Part shown: in pieces, positions 11,288 through 20,079 of the stretch
Numbering within the stretch: the stretch's first letter is position 1
How the letters are laid out: each line of letters begins with the position of its first letter
Source: Wolbachia endosymbiont of Dirofilaria (Dirofilaria) immitis
Lineage (GTDB): Bacteria > Pseudomonadota > Alphaproteobacteria > Rickettsiales > Anaplasmataceae
Length of the DNA stretch: 32,000 nucleotides
Reading direction: 5' to 3'
Assembly (NCBI RefSeq): GCF_013365455.1
Contig: NZ_CP046578.1
Span: 120,001 to 152,000, forward strand
Program-made: the position numbers and the translations under genes
Notes under the pieces: model-generated
Databases searched by the model: none
Seen by the model: the letters and a program-made list of their open reading frames with translations, nothing else
Told to the model about the DNA's origin: nothing

Positions 11288-14200
11288 TAGTGTCTTTATC
11301 TCTTTCTATTGAACTATCAGATGAACTTCTAATAGGTTCATTTTCTGGTTCGCTGGTATGGCTGTTGTCACCTTCTTTATCTCTATATCTTTCTGGCTTT
11401 CTTTTGTGTCCTATGGTGTAATCATGGAGTTTTTCCAGAAACTCTCGCCTATGAGATTTTGTCCTATAGAGTAGATTATGGTTATAGTTACGCTTTCCTA
11501 TAGAATCAACGTTATGTTTCCAAGTAAACTTTATAGCATCTTCTATTGTATAGCCCAGATGTAATCCAGCGTATCCTTTATAATAGTCTAAATATCTACC
11601 AATTCTTCTATGTAGAATATCTTCTTTGTCAACTCCAAATGCTTTGTAAATTTTTTCTTCGAGTTTATCAACACTATTCTCAGGAGATGTTGCAAATTTT
11701 GTTACTTCAATAGTAGCTCTTGCAAGTTTACGTGGCATATCAACAGCATGTTTTAGCACACCTCCGACTCTTGGTACTCTATCAAGTAAATTAGCTGCAC
11801 CTCTAGCTGATTTATTTGGTAAATGTATGACCCAACTTCCTAAAGACTCTAATCTTCTACCAGCAAAATTTTGCCACTGTTGTTTGAGTCCTTCTATTGT
11901 GCTCGCCAAAGGTGATGCTGAATATATATTAGATATAGCATAAACGCTAAACCCACCACTGGCAATGCTTGAGCCTGTCTGCTGTACAAACTCACGCAGG
12001 GAGAACATTAAAAATGAAAGCAGGAATAATACAAAGATTTCTCTTACTTCGATTAAATGACCTTTTTGTATGTTCTTTACCCTTTGGTAATCACTATTTT
12101 CTTGATAATTTTTACAATTCTCGCAACCTTTGCATTTCTGACAGTATTTACTGCTAGGATCCCTATATAGCTCATGAAGTTTCAATATTCTGCAACCTCG
12201 ATTTTCAACTATACCCTGTAGTAAAGACTTTATTTCGCTTTTTAAATTTGGTTGAATGATGCCCTTTCTATAATCTTCTATTATTTTTTTATAATCTTTA
12301 CACTTTTCTTTATATTGTTGAGATTGACAGTAGCGCTCTGTGATTTCATTATCTATATTACCTATCTTTTTTTCTATGTTTTTGATTAACAATAGAATAT
12401 CATTCTTTTCTGATGTATGAGATAAGCTATTTGCTAAACGTACTAGATCTCTTACACTGCAGTTTTTATCAACTATTATATCACTTTCCGCGATGTAATG
12501 GTCTGCTGGATTATCTTTAGTACCTGGAACTGGATTGAGGAAAGGGTAATCTATATAACGGAAGCCTTCTTTGATGTAATCTGGTGGAAGAGGAATATAA
12601 CCGGCACCGCCAGTAAATTTTATTGTACCACCTGCTCTACTTAATTTTTCTATATCTTCTATATTTTTATCTACTTTCAGCGAAGCAGCTTCTCCGAGAG
12701 AGTAAGGTACGAAAATTTGTCCTGGAGTCCAACTAAAGTATTGCTTATCGACTATGCAAAAACCTCCGGGCATCCATCTTGGAACACATAGTTTTACTTC
12801 AAGCCACTTATTGTAACATACAGTGAAACCTAGCTGTCTATAAAAGGTATTCATTATAATTGAGGCTAGCAATGACAATATGGTAAATGTCATGATTGAT
12901 TGTAGACAGAAACTGATGCAGAATTTTATCCAACCTTCGAATAAATTTTTTAGTGGTGAAAATAGAATGGAAATTAAAAACAGTGGCATTATCGCTATAA
13001 GAAAAGCTATGCCCACAAAACCAAAAAGGAATATTATGTAAGCATATACACACAGTAGAAAATATAAAATGATTCCTATAAAGATTGCTGGTATTATAAT
13101 GATGCTCATCCACATTTGATAATGGAGAAACGCTGCAAACTTTTTCCAAACGGAGTAAGCAAAAAATTTGTTGAACATGTCCTCCATGAAGCTAAATAGC
13201 TTGACGTGAGTTTCATCTCCTTGAGTGACACTTCCAGTGTTCATGTTTGGAGCAAAATTAGTAATTATACTTATTAACTGTTCAAGGCCTTTGACAAATA
13301 AGATGAGAAAATGGTCATAGAAAAAACTAAAACTGCCAGGAGATATAAGCACTATTACTAGAGTAATTTTTATTATTCTGATGAGAATATCATGCTTAGT
13401 TTCTTGTATCATGCCAAAAAGATAAAAAAGTGATGAAATTACTATAAATAGCAGAAGTAGGGAAAGAACAAAATTATGAAAGCTTGTACTTTTTTCAGCT
13501 ATATTCTGAAATATAGCTTGTGCAGCTGTGGGACCGTTACTGTCAAAATGCTTTTTGCAATTTTCATTGATCAATAATGTGCATTTTAGATAGTTATAAA
13601 TGTAATCAAAAAATTCAACGGCACCTGTTTTTTGTACTCCGCTCAAAAATTCAAAAGAGTAACCGCCTGCGTTATTTAAATAATAACTATCTAATATTTT
13701 TACATATATTTTCCACCCTTTTTTTAACTCTAGCATATTACAATTTCTGTCCTTTAATTTAGTTGCATCCTCTTTTTTTAAAGTAAAAAGTCCGCTTCCG
13801 TCTTCTGATACGGAGTTATAACCTAGATGTATAGTCGGAGATTGGGGATTGCGCATTAACTCTAGGTTTTCATTTGGATTTGGATCTATAAATTCTTTCT
13901 TGCCACCGGCGTTTGTATTAGATCTTCTAAATAGAAGGTAAGCGCCATAACCGTTAGTAAACCAACATGGAACACTATGTAGTGCTGTATTGCTGTTATT
14001 ATCCTCATTAATGCACTTACAATTCACAGTACAACTTGTATGAGGATTGCTTGAAAATTTTTGTACGCTAGATTTATAGTTATTACAAGCTAAATAAAAG
14101 TCAGGTAAGTTATTGTCGCCTTGTTCGCCTTCGGATTTGGTTGTATATTTCAGCTGCTCTAATTTTTGTAAGCTGTAATTACCTTTAGATTCTTTCTTAT

Positions 14201-14534
14201 TGTTATTGCTCCAAGATATCCATGCACCATTAACTCGTATTACTAAATCATCTCCGTTGGTTTCAAGTCCAGTATCTTTCCATTTTACTACTTGGTTAGG
14301 ATGAAAGCTATTATTAAATTCTCCAGTATCGTGATCAATAACTTCTCCATCTTCTGGAATAAAAGCATCATGATCATCTGAAAAGTGGGCGTTTACCGTA
14401 ATAGGTTCAGGGCCAAAATAGTCAGCAGATATGCACCTTGGGAAGGGCATGTCGTTCTTATCACAACCTGTTATTAGGATATAAGCTACAAGAAGTAGTG
14501 ACCTAAAACAAAATTTGCTTAAGCGTAATTGCAT
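11277..14534 (-). CDS. virB6: VirB6/TrbL-family type IV secretion protein, paralog 4 (lipobox N-terminus)
   Basis: 1085 aa: N-terminal LLLVAYILITGC, TM-rich core (FAAFLHYQMWMSIIIIPAIFIGIILYFLLCVYAYIIFLFGFVGIAFLIAIMPLFLISILFSPLKNLFEGWIKFCISF), long hydrophilic loop and charged tail. Confidence 0.88.
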   Translation of the reverse strand: MQLRLSKFCFRSLLLVAYILITGCDKNDMPFPRCISADYFGPEPITVNAHFSDDHDAFIPEDGEVIDHDTGEFNNSFHPNQVVKWKDTGLETNGDDLVIRVNGAWISWSNNNKKESKGNYSLQKLEQLKYTTKSEGEQGDNNLPDFYLACNNYKSSVQKFSSNPHTSCTVNCKCINEDNNSNTALHSVPCWFTNGYGAYLLFRRSNTNAGGKKEFIDPNPNENLELMRNPQSPTIHLGYNSVSEDGSGLFTLKKEDATKLKDRNCNMLELKKGWKIYVKILDSYYLNNAGGYSFEFLSGVQKTGAVEFFDYIYNYLKCTLLINENCKKHFDSNGPTAAQAIFQNIAEKSTSFHNFVLSLLLLFIVISSLFYLFGMIQETKHDILIRIIKITLVIVLISPGSFSFFYDHFLILFVKGLEQLISIITNFAPNMNTGSVTQGDETHVKLFSFMEDMFNKFFAYSVWKKFAAFLHYQMWMSIIIIPAIFIGIILYFLLCVYAYIIFLFGFVGIAFLIAIMPLFLISILFSPLKNLFEGWIKFCISFCLQSIMTFTILSLLASIIMNTFYRQLGFTVCYNKWLEVKLCVPRWMPGGFCIVDKQYFSWTPGQIFVPYSLGEAASLKVDKNIEDIEKLSRAGGTIKFTGGAGYIPLPPDYIKEGFRYIDYPFLNPVPGTKDNPADHYIAESDIIVDKNCSVRDLVRLANSLSHTSEKNDILLLIKNIEKKIGNIDNEITERYCQSQQYKEKCKDYKKIIEDYRKGIIQPNLKSEIKSLLQGIVENRGCRILKLHELYRDPSSKYCQKCKGCENCKNYQENSDYQRVKNIQKGHLIEVREIFVLFLLSFLMFSLREFVQQTGSSIASGGFSVYAISNIYSASPLASTIEGLKQQWQNFAGRRLESLGSWVIHLPNKSARGAANLLDRVPRVGGVLKHAVDMPRKLARATIEVTKFATSPENSVDKLEEKIYKAFGVDKEDILHRRIGRYLDYYKGYAGLHLGYTIEDAIKFTWKHNVDSIGKRNYNHNLLYRTKSHRREFLEKLHDYTIGHKRKPERYRDKEGDNSHTSEPENEPIRSSSDSSIERDKDTNED

Positions 14535-14687
14535 ATCTGATTTTTCTTTCTAAATATAGAAATAAACTTTACTTAAAACATCTTTTCAGTTTGTTACTCT
14601 ATAACAATTATACTTCTCCTTCTTAGTCTTTTCTTACTGTTGTGTTTAGACCACTGAGCATCATCTCTTTCTTATTTTTTAGTATTT

Positions 14688-17636
14688 TTATTCTTTTCTC
14701 ATTGGTGTATTTGATCGTCTATTCTTGTATGTAGGTTGTAATACGTATTGTTCGGACTTAAACTCAATTTCTGGTCGATCTTTACCTATTTTTTGCTTGA
14801 TTTCCTGTATTATGTTCCGAGTCTTATCGTCGAGTCCAATAGTTGACAGTATAGATTGTGATACACTACTAGTGGCTGTACTGATGCTACCTACTATTCC
14901 CCAGCCAGCACCGAATATTGCTTGTGCTATAGTTTCTGATGCAGAGACAAAAACTTTCATTGCACCAGCAACAATGAGATATATAAACGCTTGTATTAGG
15001 TCTATAGGTAGTGCTGCAAAGTATCCACCAGTTCTTTCTCCAATGCTGAGTGCAACGTCAACACTAGTGTTGGGACTATACCCAATGGGTAGTATCGATT
15101 TCATAATGCAAAGATCATACGATAAGAAATTTATGCTAATTAAGCATTGATAGCACGCAGAAAAGTTTGTGAGGTTATATAAAACTGAATACAGGAGTTG
15201 ATTCAAGATAGATAAAGACGAAAATAAAATGACTGGCTGTATTGCAACATGGGCCAATGTTTTTATCCAGTTCTCAAATAGAGATTTAGTCTGTTGAAAT
15301 AAAATAAATACGATAAATAAAGGCGTTAATGACAGCAAAAACGCTACTAGAGAAGTAGATATTACATATCTAAATGTAGCGCTGATAATGCATTTTAAGG
15401 ATACAAGACTAGCGTAAAGTATTATCAGAAAAGCGATAAAGCCAAAAGGACCAGCAAGTATTAACGATAAAAACTTTAACCAAGTTTCTCCTGTGAGTAA
15501 TACTCCTGTTGTTAAGTCTAAGAATGCAAATTTTTTACCCCCTTCTCCTATATAGCCAGAAAAACTGTCAACTAAATAAGTACTACCGTCTACAAAAAAC
15601 TTGGATAAAGTTGTACCAAAAAGTTCCCAGCTCCTATCACTAAAGGCAAAAGCTATGAATGCTATCTTCATCATCCTTATAATAAAGTCAAATTTACTTA
15701 GCTGTGTTGTTCCAAGTATGTAACCAATAATGGTAAATATAACATATAGAATAAGTAAGGCTTTCACTCCTTGAAAAAGACCTTTTGCATATCTTTCATA
15801 TGAATTTTTAATGTTGTCTCCGATTACTTCTCCTTTTATAAAATTAAGTACCTTATTTATACTTGATGAAATAAAATTGTTGATCTTCCTTTTGACAAAC
15901 AAGGTCACACTATATTTGTTATTTTCATAATATTTGCCATTTTTATCCATTATGTCACTCCTCTCTACATTTCTTACGTCAATACCGAAATAGATTTTTT
16001 TAGGTTCATTATTTTCTAAATAACTTCCATTTATTTCATAATATTCTATATTATTCTCTATTGAAGTTAATTCTACTACCTCCTTGAAGCTATCATTATT
16101 TGTAGTGGGTATATTTTCTGGTAAGCTATCACCTAGATAAATGTACAGTTTTTTACCACCAGTATATTCGCACGACCTGGTAGCTTTAACATAGTAACCT
16201 CCCCTATTAAGGTAATAATGACCATAATCTGCAATAGCGAGCATCACACTACTACCTGGTTTTACATTATCATTTACTGGATAGTCATAATTTAGTTTTA
16301 GAGAAAAGTTCTCGAAATTATTACTAATTTGTGAGCATATATTATTTTCTTCTGCTCCTTTTTTTTCTGGAAGACACTGAGTGCCTTGAGCAGTATCCTT
16401 CATATCACTACGCTTGTTTTCAGGAGTGCTTGTATCGCCTGAATCACTTATTTTTGCAATAAGAGCTTCAGCCCAAGAGATATCTTTAGCGTCCAGTGTA
16501 AAGTTAATAATGTCAGTCTGCTTAAAATTCTCCCTGTTTTTAGCCTCATCAAGCTTATCTTCAACGCTTTTTAGATTAGAATATATATCACATTGATTAT
16601 TTTTGTGATATTTTTGATACCTTACAGAGGAGACACAATTTCTATGTCCCTTTTTGTGCAAACTTGCATTAAATATACCCTCTTTAGTATAACATATGTT
16701 CTGGTAGTAACAGTTGAGGTTATAAGAGCTATATTTTTTTATCTTATCAAGATCACAATCTTCTCCTATACACGATTGATTTGATCCCATTTTAGTAAAG
16801 TTATAGTTTTTCACTTTATTAAAGTCACAGTCTTTCCTATTACATAACTTATCTAATTCTATTTTAGTCCGTCGTAAGTCTAGCAATGCACCATTTATCC
16901 ATGGACTTTCGTCTTGGATATAATCTCTATTAAAATGTACCTTATTATCATATGGGGTATAACCATTGCTAACTAGTACTGTTCTTTTTTTAAGGCTTTC
17001 TTTACTGAGCTGCGGAAATTTTATCTCGTTTCTACTATTGTTATCGTCTCCACAGAAAAACGTTCCTCCACTAAGCATGTCTTGTATCATAGCTTTTTTA
17101 TCTCCTTTTCTAGTTTTATAGCAATTATCATCAAAACTGATATCTTTTCCTCCTAGGTTATTGTAGTTAATCGTTATTTCTCTAGGAACTAAGCTGAAAC
17201 TTAACTTATCACCAGGATTAACTTTAATCCCAGTATCGACATAACGCCTCTTGCTATAGGATTGACTGTTCCCAAAACCTACGTTCTTACACACTTCTTG
17301 TTCGTCAAGACCAGAATTATTACTTGGTTCACTACTATAATTTGGTGTTGCATCGTCAGCGCAAAATACAGCAGGTACAAGTACTTTTTTTTGATTTTTA
17401 TCTTCTTTAAGAGGACAAAAATTTACTGATCCATCAAGAGTGAATTTTATTTTTTCACCTTGAGTAATTACTTGACCGGAATCAATCCAATGAATCTTAA
17501 TCCTTTCGTTAGCTTTGTGGACTGGAACATCTATATTAACAATAGTGTTTCTATTTTGTAGCCCAGATTCAACGCAATCTATATTACAGCCAGTGATTAC
17601 AAAATATAATGTCAATAACAGTGATCTTTTACTCAT
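14688..17636 (-). CDS. virB6: VirB6/TrbL-family type IV secretion protein, paralog 3 (lipobox N-terminus)
   Basis: 982 aa: LLLTLYFVITGC N-terminus, conserved core (LILAGPFGFIAFLIILYASLVSLKCIISATFRYVISTSLVAFLLSLTPLFIVFILFQQTKSLFENWIKTLAHV). Confidence 0.88.
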   Translation of the reverse strand: MSKRSLLLTLYFVITGCNIDCVESGLQNRNTIVNIDVPVHKANERIKIHWIDSGQVITQGEKIKFTLDGSVNFCPLKEDKNQKKVLVPAVFCADDATPNYSSEPSNNSGLDEQEVCKNVGFGNSQSYSKRRYVDTGIKVNPGDKLSFSLVPREITINYNNLGGKDISFDDNCYKTRKGDKKAMIQDMLSGGTFFCGDDNNSRNEIKFPQLSKESLKKRTVLVSNGYTPYDNKVHFNRDYIQDESPWINGALLDLRRTKIELDKLCNRKDCDFNKVKNYNFTKMGSNQSCIGEDCDLDKIKKYSSYNLNCYYQNICYTKEGIFNASLHKKGHRNCVSSVRYQKYHKNNQCDIYSNLKSVEDKLDEAKNRENFKQTDIINFTLDAKDISWAEALIAKISDSGDTSTPENKRSDMKDTAQGTQCLPEKKGAEENNICSQISNNFENFSLKLNYDYPVNDNVKPGSSVMLAIADYGHYYLNRGGYYVKATRSCEYTGGKKLYIYLGDSLPENIPTTNNDSFKEVVELTSIENNIEYYEINGSYLENNEPKKIYFGIDVRNVERSDIMDKNGKYYENNKYSVTLFVKRKINNFISSSINKVLNFIKGEVIGDNIKNSYERYAKGLFQGVKALLILYVIFTIIGYILGTTQLSKFDFIIRMMKIAFIAFAFSDRSWELFGTTLSKFFVDGSTYLVDSFSGYIGEGGKKFAFLDLTTGVLLTGETWLKFLSLILAGPFGFIAFLIILYASLVSLKCIISATFRYVISTSLVAFLLSLTPLFIVFILFQQTKSLFENWIKTLAHVAIQPVILFSSLSILNQLLYSVLYNLTNFSACYQCLISINFLSYDLCIMKSILPIGYSPNTSVDVALSIGERTGGYFAALPIDLIQAFIYLIVAGAMKVFVSASETIAQAIFGAGWGIVGSISTATSSVSQSILSTIGLDDKTRNIIQEIKQKIGKDRPEIEFKSEQYVLQPTYKNRRSNTPMRKE

Positions 17637-20038
17637 GATGTTGATTTTCCTGGAGGCTGTGATATTTGAGGTGTTGAGCTTCGAGCTCCTTGTGGTACTT
17701 CAGGTCTTTTGCTTGTTATATCTGACTGTTGAGTAGCACTTCTTTCTTGTATTTGAACACTTCCTTCACCTAATCCAGCTATTTCCATTAAGCTTTGCTG
17801 GTATTGTTTTCCAGGTTCGCTCATTATATAAACACTAAATAGCGAGTCAGATATTTTCGAGGAAGCTTTGGTCAGAGCTTCCATAGCATAACCCAAAATA
17901 ACAAAAGCTATCATAGCAGCAACATTAGGTGCATACTTAGAAGCATATCCATAGAAAATACAAGGGTTGAAGATTCTTAGGTTAACGCTAAGTATGCACG
18001 TAGAACAGACTTCAAAGTCAAACATTGAATATATGACGTGATCCATAGCTTGGCTTACCAATGATATAAAAATGAAGAGTATTGCTGGATGAATTGTAAA
18101 TCTCGCTAAATTTTTGACCCAGTTATAGAACATCTGCCTAGTATACGTAAACAAAAGGCAAATAATGAAAATAGGTGCTAAGGAAAGTAATAATGTAACT
18201 ATTGCTATAGATGTAATAAAAGAAAATAGGGCATTAAAAGTAGACAATACTACTTTTATTAAACCCCAAATCACCAGGCAAAAAGCTACAATGCCTAAAG
18301 GGCCAGAAAATATTAGAGATATTATTAATAATATAGAGTTCGGAGAAAAAAATCTATTTAATGGTAAATCGAGAAACTCGAAAACATTTGATGTTGTACC
18401 TCTAAAGTTTGCCACTTCTATTAACTGTTTTGGAGTGTTAATAAAAATAGAGAATGCATTGTTGTAAAAAAAGTTCCAGCTATCATCTCGCAATAGCTGG
18501 GTAATGATTCCTATCTTTATACATGCAATTAAAAACTCGTATATAGAAACATAGGTTAAGCCAAGAAAGTAATAAAGAGTATGCAGGACTATATATAATA
18601 CTAGCAGTGATATTATTGTAGACCTAATAGTATTTGTTCTGCTTGATTTTATAAAACTCTCATAGAGAGATTTTACAGGGTTAGTATTAGAGTAGATTAC
18701 ATCAAGGTTGTTGTAGCTAGAACTAAAAAATGCGGTTTTTACTTTCTCATCAAAAAAATTATATATTGCACTAAAAGTTCTTGTAGTAGGCTCTTTAGTT
18801 ATTAGCTTGATACTAATCTGACCTTTATTTTTTTCATAGTTACACCCTTGATCTCTTATCCCGTAGTATATAGTGCCATTTTTATCTTTTAACTTTTTCT
18901 TCAATTTTTCCATTTCTTGAGTGTTATGAACTTTGCTGATATCTACGGATATATCTTCCTGATTTTCACCAGGATCATTCTTAGGGAATTTATCAGAAAC
19001 ACGTATATATAAGCTTTTTTCTAGATTAGGAACTCTTGTTACTCTTATATTGAAACCACCTTTATCATTTTTATCGTAACAACTCTCGTCATTTCTGCTG
19101 CATAAACTAAAAGTTAAATTTGGTATTTGATGGTCTTTATTCATTTTATAATCACAATTAGTGCATAAACCTCCATTAGGAATATATTCAAAATCTTCAC
19201 CATCCATATGAACTTTCAGGAGTGTAATGTCAGTTTTTACTTGTTTTTTTTTCAGAATGTTACTAATAGCTTTAACATCAGATTTGGATACCTCACTTTC
19301 TATGCTGTTATATTCAATGTATGCACAATCTATGTTTCTGTTACCAGAGGGGAATTTGCATATGCGTCCACAGAGCAAATTTAAAATGTGCGTATCTACT
19401 TCGCTTATTTGACTATCTGAAAGACTACTGCAGTTTATGTTTTCTCTTTTTATAGAGTTAATAATACTTTTGGCTTTTTCTTCTCTCTCATCTTGATCTA
19501 ACTTTAGAAAATTTAGATTCCAGTACTCTTTTCCATTTAACCATTCTACTTTGTCGCCTATTATGTATTTATTAGGACATATTGTATATTGATCATCTTC
19601 TTTATCCTTCCATACCTGACATTCATTTTGGTTTAAAATATGTGAAAAATACTCCTTTTCTTTGTTATTGCATTTTTTATCAATACTTATATATCTGATT
19701 GTCTCATTTTCTTTATCTTTACACACTTTACTTCCAATAACACTGAAGTTTATTGCATCGCCAGCTTTAAGAGCAAACTTTGATAATGTAACCTTTTCTA
19801 TCCCAGGCTTTATTGCAAAATCTTCATACTGCGGACAAAAACTGATCTTACTAGGTACTATACTAATTTCTGTTACTTTTGCTTTGCTTGAAATGTTAAC
19901 GTTGGAATCAACCCACTTCTGTTGTATTGAAATTACGTCAGATTTTTCGCGCAAGTTTAATAGACTCTCCGGCTTAATACAGTGATCTTCGCAACCGGAC
20001 AGCAGAAAGAGTGTTGCTATTAACAAAAACTTATGCAT
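17633..20038 (-). CDS. virB6: VirB6/TrbL-family type IV secretion protein, paralog 2 (lipobox N-terminus)
   Basis: 801 aa: LLIATLFLLSGC N-terminus, core (FSGPLGIVAFCLVIWGLIKVVLSTFNALFSFITSIAIVTLLLSLAPIFIICLLFTYTRQMFYNWVKNLARF). Overlaps the next gene by 4 bp. Confidence 0.88.
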   Translation of the reverse strand: MHKFLLIATLFLLSGCEDHCIKPESLLNLREKSDVISIQQKWVDSNVNISSKAKVTEISIVPSKISFCPQYEDFAIKPGIEKVTLSKFALKAGDAINFSVIGSKVCKDKENETIRYISIDKKCNNKEKEYFSHILNQNECQVWKDKEDDQYTICPNKYIIGDKVEWLNGKEYWNLNFLKLDQDEREEKAKSIINSIKRENINCSSLSDSQISEVDTHILNLLCGRICKFPSGNRNIDCAYIEYNSIESEVSKSDVKAISNILKKKQVKTDITLLKVHMDGEDFEYIPNGGLCTNCDYKMNKDHQIPNLTFSLCSRNDESCYDKNDKGGFNIRVTRVPNLEKSLYIRVSDKFPKNDPGENQEDISVDISKVHNTQEMEKLKKKLKDKNGTIYYGIRDQGCNYEKNKGQISIKLITKEPTTRTFSAIYNFFDEKVKTAFFSSSYNNLDVIYSNTNPVKSLYESFIKSSRTNTIRSTIISLLVLYIVLHTLYYFLGLTYVSIYEFLIACIKIGIITQLLRDDSWNFFYNNAFSIFINTPKQLIEVANFRGTTSNVFEFLDLPLNRFFSPNSILLIISLIFSGPLGIVAFCLVIWGLIKVVLSTFNALFSFITSIAIVTLLLSLAPIFIICLLFTYTRQMFYNWVKNLARFTIHPAILFIFISLVSQAMDHVIYSMFDFEVCSTCILSVNLRIFNPCIFYGYASKYAPNVAAMIAFVILGYAMEALTKASSKISDSLFSVYIMSEPGKQYQQSLMEIAGLGEGSVQIQERSATQQSDITSKRPEVPQGARSSTPQISQPPGKSTS

Positions 20039-20079
20039 AGCCTACCTAAGCTTTGATCACTTAAATGTTTAAATATCTA

